Below are positions 10,901 to 21,000 of a stretch of 64,000 bases of DNA, in pieces. The stretch comes from a virus. The first letter of the stretch is position 1, and each line of letters opens with the position of its first letter. The notes beneath the pieces are model-generated. The model worked only from the letters and a program-made list of their open reading frames with translations. It was not told the DNA's origin and did no database searches. The translations under genes were made by a program, and so were the position numbers. Location of the stretch: positions 69,120 to 133,119 of IMG/VR virus record IMGVR_UViG_3300009702_000785. One strand, given 5' to 3'.

Positions 10901-11101
10901 ATGTATGGTAGAAAGAAACGCAGGAGATCGATTCACAATCCTGCCAAACGTAGGCCGGTTACAAAATCGCAGGCAGTTCGCATTGCGAACGCAGAAACTT
11001 TTCAGAGAACGTTTAATCCAGACTACTATCAGGTAATGAAACGCATATCTGACGCTGAAACCGGTTTACGAAATGGGTCACCTCCACACACAGTGGAATA
11101 A
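10901..11101 (+). CDS. Small basic protein (possibly an N-terminal fragment of a longer gene)
   Basis: Strong RBS (AAGGAG) 5 nt before the ATG. 66 aa with an Arg/Lys-rich N-terminus, MYGRKKRRRS. Confidence 0.6.
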   Translation: MYGRKKRRRSIHNPAKRRPVTKSQAVRIANAETFQRTFNPDYYQVMKRISDAETGLRNGSPPHTVE

Positions 11102-11416
11102 GGATGCATCGCTGTTATTAGATATTTGGAAGCTATTGACGAAATTCCGAAAGCACTGATCTTTGTCGCTCCTTATATTGAGAACGAAAATAAGCAAAAC
11201 AGTCAAATCTTTTTCCATGGCCCGATTGCTTGGGATCAAATAAGAAAGTGCAAAGACATATATGCTATATTTTCTGATGATGATCCGTTTGTTTCTCTAG
11301 AACAGAAGAATATTCTTCGGAATAAAGTTGATGCTATAACCCATGTCGAGTATGGTCAAGGACATTTCGATGGAGATAAAGTTCCTGAAATATTAGAAAT
11401 TATTAAGAGTTTATAG
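11102..11416 (+). pseudogene. 5'-truncated YdeN/RBBP9-family alpha/beta hydrolase remnant
   Basis: Translation from 11102 reads GCIAVIRYLEA...ALIFVAP...SDDDPFV...GQGHF, the part that follows the HSLGC nucleophile elbow. The catalytic Asp and His motifs are present; the Ser and the whole N-terminal half are missing, and there is no RBS or ATG. Confidence 0.7.
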
Positions 11417-11451
11417 GAAATGACAACTACCTCAAAAATATTTCGGAATAG

Positions 11452-11497
11452 GCAGGAATTAGCAATCTCCTGGCACAATGTGTTGCTGGAGGATACT
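11452..11497 (+). promoter_or_regulatory. Putative RBS-sequestering / competing RNA hairpins upstream of the homing endonuclease
   Basis: CTCC (11467-11470) is complementary to the RBS GGAG (11488-11491) and encloses GGCAC/GTGTT. An alternative stem is CAGGA (11453-11457)/TCCTG (11468-11472). Confidence 0.3.
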
Positions 11498-12349
11498 ATG
11501 ATGAAGAAAAGATGGACTCAAAATGAACTTAGTTTTTTGAAGAAAAACCTACAATTGATGACTATTCAAGAGATAGCTGGCAAATTAGGCAGAACAAAGC
11601 ATGGCGTTTCAGGTAAGCTGAGGCGTCTCTATGGGGTCAATTTGGATAGAAAATCACCCAAAAGTGCGAACAGATACAATATGAATATTGACAAGTTACA
11701 TACAAAATCAGACGAGTTATTTTATTTACTGGGATTTATCGCTGCTGATGGAAATGTATCTCGGAACAGCAATACTATCACCATCCGGCTCAGCTGGAAA
11801 GACAAACGCCTACTGGAAGATATAAAGAATTGGCTTGAGTACACTGGGCCTATTCGCAGAGAGGTTCAAAACGGATATATACGGAGTGAAAGTGCTGTTT
11901 TATATATCACCAACAGGCATCTAAAAGACACTTTGCTGCATTACGGCATTGGACCAAATAAAAGTAAGACTATTAGGTTACTGAACCCAATGTCGGATGA
12001 GTTTGCTGGCAGCTTCATTAGAGGGGTTTTTGATGGTGATGGATCAGTATGTAAGTCTAAGGATAACCATTTTGTAATTTACATTTGTAGCAGTTCTATG
12101 GGTTTTCTTGAAGATTTACAAAAGTTAATGGGTTTTGGGAAAATTTCCACTAACAAAAATAAAATGCATCTGCTGTACATTCGATCATACGAAAAGAGAA
12201 GTTTTTTTGAACTTATGTATGATAATTCTAATCTGCATTTATCAAGGAAATACAAACGTATGAAAGAATCTTACGAATATGTCGTTCGACAGAATTGGAA
12301 ACACAGGGAACGCAATAACCTCGGTCAATTTGCAGGAAAGAGGGTATAA
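11498..12349 (+). CDS. Free-standing double-motif LAGLIDADG homing endonuclease with an N-terminal HTH/Myb-like domain
   Basis: Motifs YLLGFIAADG and FIRGVFDGDG; N-terminal RWTQNELSFLKKN...IAGKLGRT. RBS GGAGG lies 5 nt before ATG 11498 (the ORF track starts at 11420 in the same frame). Confidence 0.9.
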   Translation: MMKKRWTQNELSFLKKNLQLMTIQEIAGKLGRTKHGVSGKLRRLYGVNLDRKSPKSANRYNMNIDKLHTKSDELFYLLGFIAADGNVSRNSNTITIRLSWKDKRLLEDIKNWLEYTGPIRREVQNGYIRSESAVLYITNRHLKDTLLHYGIGPNKSKTIRLLNPMSDEFAGSFIRGVFDGDGSVCKSKDNHFVIYICSSSMGFLEDLQKLMGFGKISTNKNKMHLLYIRSYEKRSFFELMYDNSNLHLSRKYKRMKESYEYVVRQNWKHRERNNLGQFAGKRV

Positions 12350-12351
12350 AC

Positions 12352-15300
12352 ATTTCATCGAGCACTCGTTATTATGGTCTAGGATTCTTTGATTTCGGTG
12401 ACCCGCTCGGAACAGACTTTGCAGGTCAGGTAGAAATTGATCGCTTTGTCTTTATCGACAAGCAGCTATATGGCTTGATGAGTGTGTTTGGTAATGGCGT
12501 GCTGAGTGGTTGGACTGTAGAAGTAGATGAATTATTCACGGTCAACATCAGTCCCGGCGTTGGAAACATTAACTTCGTGGCCGCAAGGACGGAGTTTCCT
12601 GCCACGATCACCGAGTTGGTTCCCAACTCGATCAGCTATATCTATGCCAAAAAGGTGGAACGCACCCGGTTTGCAGAAGATGTTGATTTCATTGTATGGC
12701 CTACGTCAGATTTAGGTGATCCTAATTTCTTATTATTAGCCGAAGTTGTTGTAGGCTCAACAGCCATTGAGAGCATTAACAATGACATACGACAAAACAT
12801 AGGTTTCATCGAGCTAATCAAAGCAGCAATCAAACTACACAAACACAGAGGCGGTTCACTGAATCCGTCCAAAATAGATTTGTCATCTGAGGTGAAGGGG
12901 CAATTGCCCTCATTCCGAATAGCTGACTTTGATGCAGAGAAGGTCACCAGCGGCACGTTTGATCTTTCTAGGATGCCACTCATAGACCACCAAAATCTAG
13001 AGAATGTCGGCCTACTAACTCACCCACAACTTGACAGCTTCGTGAAAACACTGGAATCCAGCAACAAAGAGATTTTCGGAGAGATCAGTACATCGAACCT
13101 GTTGCAGTTGATTCTAGCAATGAAACTTTTATACGATGATAGCCAATCTGCTTTCCATATTAGTGACAGATGGGTAGATCAATACTTCATCAACGAGTTT
13201 GCAGTTATTCCTGGTATTACACCAGATACTTATATCGACTTCGATAATACTACTGCCGATGTTGATTTGGAACAGCATGTTATCAGCGGAGTTCCACCTA
13301 CAACTGGCACATCATTTTATGTCACGTATGATACCAATCTTGCTTGGAATTCAGCCTACTCGCTTAACAACCTAGTTATTGCTAATGATACAGTAACTTT
13401 GGCATTCAACGAAGATGACGAATCTAACATTATAACTATTGAAGGTTTTGAATCGGCCACAGCACCTGGAGAAGATTTAAGTGGTGGTGACCAAACCCTC
13501 TTCAAAAAAGAAACCGTCATCATCTCCGACAATGCTATGATAGAAGCACATGATAGTGCGACTAACGTGGTGGAAGGATTCTACTCAGGTAAATTTACTT
13601 ATCAGCAGGCATTCAGGGTACAGTATGTCAAAGAATTTTCCACTACCCAAGACTGGTCTACATATGACTCATTCGTACTATATATCAAAAGCCTTGATGT
13701 TGTCCACGGACCAGTCAAGATGTACTTTGAGGGTAATAGCAGTGATGACCGTAGCATAGATTACACCCTGCTGACGGAAAGCTCGGCATCAAGTCCACAG
13801 ATTACAACCAACCCGGATTCATCTGCAAATGACTTTGAAGCTAGGGTGGTTGATCTATCTACAATACCTTTCCGTGACAACATAAAGAAGATCGTCATCT
13901 ATACCGACGATATCGAGAATTCCTTCAGCTTCTTTGTAGACTATATAAACATTCAGAGGGCAATCTTGCTACCTGAGAGCGGCACCATGAAATTGCGTTA
14001 CGCAAGTGGTGCCAAAGTTATATTCTCGAACATTCAGTGGGATACAATCGAACCATCTGGCACAGAGATCACTGTACGAGCACGAGCAGCAGATGGCACT
14101 ACACTACTTAATAGAGCAGAATATACTCCGTTTTTGAGTAGTGGTGATTTAATAAATCTAGAAGGCACGGACATCGAAATCGAAGTTGAGTTTTTCCCAG
14201 ATACAGACAGAATCAGTTCCCCTGTTATGCAGTTGTTGCGCATACTGGTGGTGACCGAGGCCGAGATTGATGGTTTCCGAATCGATACAGATGAGGAGTT
14301 TAACAGAGGTGAAAAACAAAATATAGAGGTGGACAGCAATATCACGCTTGATACACCTATATATGTGGATAGCTACTATTTCGCTTTAGCTAACACTGTT
14401 AATCAAGTCCACGAAAATACCACTAATTTTGATACGTCGTTTACCGAGTCAGATAACGTAGCATTATTTGGAGCGAGTTCACCTATTGCACCTAATACTA
14501 TTTTTGCTGCTGTCGAAGATAATACCGGTGATTCCGCATCGGCGCGATTTTTCGAGCCACGATCAGCACGAAGAGAAAGTGGTCGGGTGTTTGTAGTGGC
14601 CGATACATACAATGACCGTATTCTAGAGTATAGTGAAGACGGAACCTTACTGGCAGGGTTTGGGTCAATCAACTACGAGCATTCAAATAAGGTATTCCCT
14701 ATCTCTGCAAGTTACGATGTTAGAACTGGAATTTTGTATGTCGTTTGGAGTAAGAAAATATCATTCAAAACGGTTGACGTAAGCCAAATTACCTTACAAA
14801 CAGCCACAAGTCAGATACAGTTGATAAAGAACTTTGATAAGATTCTAGGTCTGACGACGGATGAATTAGATCAGGTAAATGCTGAGGGGCAAATTATGCC
14901 CATCTATCTGTCTACGCAAAATGCAGGCTTGGCTCAACAACTACCTACAAATAACGCTGCTTTTATGCTTGCGAGTGACAATGTTCTATCATCAGGTATT
15001 CAAAATGATTCCGTCTTCTACTCGAAAATAGCAACTGCCATCGGAATACCGATGTTTGTAGGCAACTTCGCTTACATTGATGGTATATTCTCTCCTACTT
15101 GGGTAGAGAAGACAGACACAAATACTTATATAATCTGTAACGGAAAGATTGCGGTCAAAGAATGGGAGTTCCCTAGTGAGGCATTCCCTGGTAGTACAGA
15201 GAGCATAAACCTTAGTACTAACGTATCTAGTATTATCGAGGTGAATGAAAATAACCAGATCGTATACGGGTTAGATAGCGTGATGGAGTTTTCACCATTC

Positions 15301-15750
15301 ATACCTGGACGTGCCCAAAAGATGGATGAACATACATTACTAATTGGTGGACTAAAGCCAGGAGGTAGTATTGGCAATCCTACAGGAGATTTTGATTTTC
15401 GCAGCGTTGGAGGGCCATCTGAAACTCGTAAAGCACAACGAGATGTTCTGAATGAAATGTTTTTCACTCGGGCCGGGACTCCTTACGTTGGTGCAGTAAT
15501 TGTATATGATACAAGATCAGGGGCAACCTCTTTTGAATACAGAAGTGCTGAAGGTGTGGTGGTCACTGATGTTGATATAGACCCAATGTCAGGGTCGTAT
15601 GTGGTAGCAGAAAGCAGCTTCACAAAATCAGGCCGAGTTATTAAGCTTGACGCTTCTGGGAACATTACTTTCAGTTTTGGGGAGGGTTTATATAGTCTGA
15701 TTAACGACATAAATGTTCAAATTGATGGGTCAGTTGTTGTCTCAACATAA
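12352..15750 (+). CDS. Virion structural protein with NHL/beta-propeller-like C-terminal region; probable ATT start
   Basis: The frame is open from 12319. The N-terminus STRYYGLGFFDFGD...RFVFIDKQL...GNGVLSGW aligns with the N-terminus of the 59289 gene, and the HKH...P..IDL and LPxxxH motifs are shared with it. NHL-like FFEPRSA...VADTYNDRILEY is present. Confidence 0.7.
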   Translation: MSSSTRYYGLGFFDFGDPLGTDFAGQVEIDRFVFIDKQLYGLMSVFGNGVLSGWTVEVDELFTVNISPGVGNINFVAARTEFPATITELVPNSISYIYAKKVERTRFAEDVDFIVWPTSDLGDPNFLLLAEVVVGSTAIESINNDIRQNIGFIELIKAAIKLHKHRGGSLNPSKIDLSSEVKGQLPSFRIADFDAEKVTSGTFDLSRMPLIDHQNLENVGLLTHPQLDSFVKTLESSNKEIFGEISTSNLLQLILAMKLLYDDSQSAFHISDRWVDQYFINEFAVIPGITPDTYIDFDNTTADVDLEQHVISGVPPTTGTSFYVTYDTNLAWNSAYSLNNLVIANDTVTLAFNEDDESNIITIEGFESATAPGEDLSGGDQTLFKKETVIISDNAMIEAHDSATNVVEGFYSGKFTYQQAFRVQYVKEFSTTQDWSTYDSFVLYIKSLDVVHGPVKMYFEGNSSDDRSIDYTLLTESSASSPQITTNPDSSANDFEARVVDLSTIPFRDNIKKIVIYTDDIENSFSFFVDYINIQRAILLPESGTMKLRYASGAKVIFSNIQWDTIEPSGTEITVRARAADGTTLLNRAEYTPFLSSGDLINLEGTDIEIEVEFFPDTDRISSPVMQLLRILVVTEAEIDGFRIDTDEEFNRGEKQNIEVDSNITLDTPIYVDSYYFALANTVNQVHENTTNFDTSFTESDNVALFGASSPIAPNTIFAAVEDNTGDSASARFFEPRSARRESGRVFVVADTYNDRILEYSEDGTLLAGFGSINYEHSNKVFPISASYDVRTGILYVVWSKKISFKTVDVSQITLQTATSQIQLIKNFDKILGLTTDELDQVNAEGQIMPIYLSTQNAGLAQQLPTNNAAFMLASDNVLSSGIQNDSVFYSKIATAIGIPMFVGNFAYIDGIFSPTWVEKTDTNTYIICNGKIAVKEWEFPSEAFPGSTESINLSTNVSSIIEVNENNQIVYGLDSVMEFSPFIPGRAQKMDEHTLLIGGLKPGGSIGNPTGDFDFRSVGGPSETRKAQRDVLNEMFFTRAGTPYVGAVIVYDTRSGATSFEYRSAEGVVVTDVDIDPMSGSYVVAESSFTKSGRVIKLDASGNITFSFGEGLYSLINDINVQIDGSVVVST

Positions 15751-15804
15751 TGTGCATCGTAGTCATCAGGAAGTGTATAATATGAAATAATTTGAGGATA
15801 AATC
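15751..15804 (+). promoter_or_regulatory. Intergenic spacer with a perfect TATAAT (15776-15781) and RBS GAGG
   Basis: One of very few intergenic gaps. No good -35 box, so promoter status is uncertain. Confidence 0.3.
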
Positions 15805-16878
15805 ATGCAACTGAACTACAGTTTATATCTTAATTATTCTGGATATAGTATAAGTGCTCAAGATTACATTCTTTCCATCCTAAAAACAGACCCAGGTTTT
15901 CCGGTACGGGTACACTTCCTGAATAAACCGGATGGCCTGTGCGTAAGTAAAAACAGGCTTCAGTTATTTATGGGATTACAAAAGAAAAAGAATGTTCCAG
16001 AGCAGACCAATCTGTTCCATAGTATACCGAAGTTATTCCAGCGGCCTCTGAAATCGAAGAAGCACATTGGACTTGCTGTTTTTGAAACCATCACGCTACC
16101 TCCCGAATGGGCCAACTATATGAACAGTATGGATGGCATATTCGCTGCATCTGAATTCAACAAAAATATCTTCGAGAAGGGCGGTGTAAACCGACCCATC
16201 ACAGTGATTCCTCACTGTTTTGATACAGAGTTGTTTAACTCTGCTGTAAAGCCTGATGGGAGATATGCAAAGACAACGTTCTTTAGTATGGGGACATGGA
16301 AGAAACGCAAAAACTGGGAGACTTTAATCAAAGCGTTTTATGATGCTTTTGAAAACAAGGATAAGGTTTGTCTGCTAATCAAGACGGACAAGCCTAGGGA
16401 ATTAAAGTCGCTAGTATCTAGAGTAAAGCGTACTTGCGAATGGAGAACAAAACATACTGCTCCTATTTACGCTGAGGAAACTCATTGTGAATTTGAGGAT
16501 ATACCTAAGTTGATGAAAAAGGGAGACATATTCATTAGCACTAGTTTGGGAGAAGGTTTCGGGCTGCCAGGGTTGCATGCGATGGCTCTGGGGATGCCTG
16601 TGATTACTGTCAGATTTGGTGGAGCATTAGAATATGCTAAACCTGAACTATGTACCTATATCGAGCCAAAGAGCTACAAAACTTATATGGATATGGACGG
16701 ACTACCACAATTTAGAAAGAGCATTTGGCCTGTTGTAAAAATAGGTGACGTTCGTGATGCAATGCGCCGAGTCTGGGAAAATTACCCTGCTAATAAAGCC
16801 AAGGCTGCTTATCAGTACGTACACGATAACTTTTCTTACGAGGTAGTGGGTCCGAAACTCATCGAGGCTATACAATGA
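15805..16878 (+). CDS. Glycosyltransferase, GT-B fold, GT4-like
   Basis: Motifs SGYS (N-terminal loop), FET, ASEFNK, RKNWETLIKAF and DIFISTSLGEGFGLPGLHAMALGMPVI. Confidence 0.9.
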   Translation: MQLNYSLYLNYSGYSISAQDYILSILKTDPGFPVRVHFLNKPDGLCVSKNRLQLFMGLQKKKNVPEQTNLFHSIPKLFQRPLKSKKHIGLAVFETITLPPEWANYMNSMDGIFAASEFNKNIFEKGGVNRPITVIPHCFDTELFNSAVKPDGRYAKTTFFSMGTWKKRKNWETLIKAFYDAFENKDKVCLLIKTDKPRELKSLVSRVKRTCEWRTKHTAPIYAEETHCEFEDIPKLMKKGDIFISTSLGEGFGLPGLHAMALGMPVITVRFGGALEYAKPELCTYIEPKSYKTYMDMDGLPQFRKSIWPVVKIGDVRDAMRRVWENYPANKAKAAYQYVHDNFSYEVVGPKLIEAIQ

Positions 16879-18053
16879 TTGAATTCAAAGTCGATCCGCC
16901 AAGTGGGCACGCCGAGTCTTGCTTAGACATCCGATTTATGGTCAAAGTGGATAAAGCAGATCGAATGCAAATAGAAATATTTAATGAGACAATTAACACT
17001 CGACTAGAGTTATTATCTGTTTCAAAGGGGGTCATTTCTGAAGAAAGAACTGCCATAGTTAAGAGGGCTAACTTTGTCGAAGGATACGTCAACCTATTTA
17101 ACAAAGATAAGATGAACTCTAGATTAACCAATTTGGTTAAAGTTGATCTCAAATGCGTCGTCCAAATTGAGTTGGATGGCAAAACGACCACAGAGGAAGC
17201 TGTGCTGCCTTTCTATAATGAAAGCCAGTCATTGGATTCCCATATTATCCCGTTCGATTTGATTCTCGATAACCACGAGATCGACATCAAAAATAACATA
17301 CCGCTCAGTATGCAGATTGTGTGTGACGCTGAGGAAAAATATGAACTGGCAGTGAAATCAACGGCAGGGGAGATATGCACTTTTGAAGTTGTAACCAAGA
17401 AGGGAAGAAACCAAGTGATTCTGCCTTCTGAAATATTGTGGCATGAACTTGGAATACACAAGAATATTGGTGGCAAGTGTCAGTTATACTGGGTAAAGTT
17501 TGAAGGCATAGATCACATGAAGTACGTCAATAGAAAGTATGTACCGATTGCTGAATCTACTATCACATTTAACGATGTGTTGATGAGCCCGAGACCACAA
17601 CAGCGACTAGGGCCAACAGGAAAAGATTTAACACCTGATTTTGTTTTGAGTCACAGGTATTTTGTGCCAACTTTTCAAGACTTCACATCTTTGGGAGAGA
17701 TTGCCAATCAAAGCCGCACAGCCAGTGAAACGAATGTTAATCGTATCAGGTTTTTGCATGAAACCCAATCGCTCGAACGAAAAGAAGTAGAGAAAATCGA
17801 AGCAATGTCTTCTAGTGATTCGGAGCGTCTGGCAGAGAGGAAGAAGCAGATGGCAGCGATGCGATCAATACCACAACCTGATCCTCGACAGCGACTTCTG
17901 ATTAACGCATATAAGAAGGCATATACTCGTAAGTTGGCTATGCCACGTACTGATAAAGCATACGTCAAGTACGCACCGACCAATCATCCAGTTAAAACTA
18001 TGTCTGGGCCAAAATCTGGCGGATGTGGATGTTCTAGGACGAAGAATGCCTAA
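16875..18053 (+). CDS. Hypothetical protein, partner of giant protein A (paralog of 32801-33577)
   Basis: 392 aa with ATGA overlap upstream. Shares LELLSVSKG/IEILSASDG, VILPSEILW/IIVPKEIIW, YVPI/KVPI and GPTG/CPTG with 32801-33577. Confidence 0.75.
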   Translation: MIEFKVDPPSGHAESCLDIRFMVKVDKADRMQIEIFNETINTRLELLSVSKGVISEERTAIVKRANFVEGYVNLFNKDKMNSRLTNLVKVDLKCVVQIELDGKTTTEEAVLPFYNESQSLDSHIIPFDLILDNHEIDIKNNIPLSMQIVCDAEEKYELAVKSTAGEICTFEVVTKKGRNQVILPSEILWHELGIHKNIGGKCQLYWVKFEGIDHMKYVNRKYVPIAESTITFNDVLMSPRPQQRLGPTGKDLTPDFVLSHRYFVPTFQDFTSLGEIANQSRTASETNVNRIRFLHETQSLERKEVEKIEAMSSSDSERLAERKKQMAAMRSIPQPDPRQRLLINAYKKAYTRKLAMPRTDKAYVKYAPTNHPVKTMSGPKSGGCGCSRTKNA

Positions 18054-21000
18054 GCTGTCTAAAATAACAATTAACATGCTTCACACGATTGACCATGCAG
18101 CAAGAGCAAGCGGGTTTATTCCATACTTATATGGAGACTTGGCCCGCGCCATACAGTTGGATCAATATCCGGCAGATGGCAGGTTGGTCGAAGTAGTGTT
18201 ATCATACGAACATAGTAACTCGGTAGATGATTTCTACCAATCTTTGTCCAAGAAAATAACCATTAATAGAGAGATAGAGCATTTTAACGACTTGTACTCG
18301 TTCGTTTCCTCCCCCTATGTGGTTGAATGTCAATTGCGTCAGAACTTTAACGTATTCGACAACGACATAGCGGTATTCAATGTTGATGCACTGTTTATAG
18401 AGATGGGGCATAATGCAGACCCGGCCCCAGAGACAAATGAGTTATTGTGTTTTAAGCAACCGGATGAATGGGACATTACTCATGTCATTGGATTTGCTGC
18501 TAAACTTGGCGAGTACCCAGATCGAATTATTAATCCAGATCAGCGAGCAGCACTAGACGAAGTACAACTATTGAAAATGCGTCATCCCTTTGGTGTGAAT
18601 ATCGCTGAAAAATTAATTGATTTGCTTCTCACTGCAAATCCTGGCAACGCATTTTTGTTTCTATCGTCCTTCACCGATGGAAAAGATTGGCTGGCAACGC
18701 AATTTATAGAGTTGGCATCTCGGTATTCCATTGCTCTTAACGAAGATTTTGATTTACGTGAGATAATCTCGTCCAAAAAAGCGGAATTGCTTAACGTATA
18801 CAGTGAGTATTTCAAAGTCAAAAGAGAGGATTCTGAATGGAATAGACAGCACTCTATACTAACATATCTGAAGCTACTGTTTGATTCACCATCTTTAACT
18901 ATAGAAACACCATATATTGACAGAGTTTCTGTGTTTGCTGCCCCAGAGACTTTCACGGTTCCAGTGGAGAATGCAACTGTAACAACGTTTGCTGATGATA
19001 GGTGGGCATGTTGTCAGGAAGGTAATATTTGTACAGAGGTTGATAAAGCAACTTGCACTACATTACGAGGTATATGGCATGAAGGTTTGTTATGTGACGC
19101 AGTTAATTGTAGTGTCGATATCCCAGGAGACTGTGAATATCCTCCTTGTCCACCATGCGATCCAGCGGCATGTGGTGATCCTGAAAATGGTGGCGAAGCC
19201 TGCTGTTGCTGTTCAAGTGTAGATATTGTTTCGGCAACAGCATTGCAATGCCACAAGCAGATCATCATATCCTGTAACCGAGATGGCACCGGGCCTGGTC
19301 CTGATGCCGATGGTATAGAACAAGTTTTTAATTCAAACTGTAGCCAATGTACCGAAGTTTGTGAGATGATAATCAACTCGTCTGGCCCAGACGGGTGTAT
19401 TAACCCTCCTAACCCGGCATTACCCAAAGTTTGCTGTGGTGAGTTACCAACTCCTTGGTTTCTTGATCCTCCAACACCTTGCAGTTGTGATTGTGCTAGG
19501 TACGACGGTGACGGAGTTTGCTCATTACATTGCATGTCTTGCAGTGGAAAGCATGCATACTGTAGATCAATAGTTACACCGGGTGGACAAGATAACGATT
19601 GCGCTTATGATTTTACTATAGAGCCTGGGCCAGAATGCTGCGGATCACCAGCGGGATTTGATGTGATCTTTGTTATTGATGACACGGGCAGTATGGGTAG
19701 TGAAATCAAAGATGTTAAAAACGGCATTATTGGTTTTGTCCAAAACGGAATTAACCGAGGAATTCTTTCCCGTCTTGCCTTGGTAACTTTCAAAGATGAT
19801 GTGTGGGTCTATGGGTTTAACGATGATGGAACTTACAATACTAATAGCCAGGTAGGGCGTGGTGGAGATGAAAAGCCACGGCCTGGACCAGTAGATTTCA
19901 CAACCGATGCTACTGAGTTTGAAGCACTTGTAGGTTCTTTAACTGCGAGTGGTGGTGGTGACGGCCCTGAAAATATATATGACGGCTCTATGCAGGGTTT
20001 GCATTATAACATGCCAGGAGCATTTGGCAACATAATGATTACCGTGTGTGATAACTCGGCTCGCAGTGATACAACTCGTGAGCAACTCATCGACTTTGCG
20101 AATTCCGAAAATTATAAGATTTTCTTCGTGGGTCCAGCAACTGGTGCCGAGCAAATAGCCATACAGACTGGTGGTTTATATTATGACCTGACTGATGCTG
20201 ATTGGGATCAAATATTCCTCGATGCCTCATCTGCTGCGGGTATCTTCCCATCATCTTGTGCTTGCGTAGATTTTACTCCATTACCGATTATTCGAGCGGT
20301 TGGCGACCCATCAGACCCAGACAACTACTTCCCTCAATGTGCCTGTGATGATGTTAGTCAGTGCCTTCCCAATACTCCTGGTGAACTTCCATCAGAATGT
20401 TATGAATTTCCGATTCCTAAATGCGTTTCACCTGATACAGCAGAAGATTGCGATGGAATATGTGACATACCATTTGGAGTCAACGTATGTGGCACAACAA
20501 TTACTATTACTCCGACCGAAACCAACATGACATGTTGTGGAACTTTGGATGGGTTCGGATGTACTTGCCCTGGTGGTGGAGGAGAATGCCCAGATTATCA
20601 GTGCTGTGGAGCAGAATGTGATGAGTTATGTGATTGGCTTGCAATACCATTCCCAACTCCAATTCACAGTAGTGTCGGCGAGGCACAGCAGTTTGTCTGG
20701 AACAACTGCCTTGCTAAAGCAACAGGGTCGTGTGGGGACGACTGCCTGTTATTCCCTACAGGTGAATGCGAAGATGATGGGGTTACTCCTATTGAATATT
20801 TCAAGGAAAAGTCGGGGCTGTTTGATGAAGTAGCGACTATATATGCTAATTGTGGTGGCGAAGGTGGAGCTTGCTGCATAGGAATAAACTGCACCACGGT
20901 ATCTAGTGAATCGGAATGTGACGGAGTATGGATGGGCTATGGTACGCCATGTACTCCCAATCCTTGTGGTGGCCCAGGTGCAGTTGAGTTTGACTGCATC

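Noticed and set aside
11417-12360. Group I intron containing the LAGLIDADG ORF
   Set aside because: Only about 80 nt flank the ORF upstream and almost none downstream, and I could not find P7-type core motifs. A covariance-model search would be needed to exclude it fully.
18025-18045. ORF-track starts at 18025, 32750, 11420, 11126, 12475 and 31900
   Set aside because: Better-supported starts or continuations exist from RBS position, stop/start overlap or paralog alignment (18046, 32801, 11498, remnant from 11102, 12352, readthrough).
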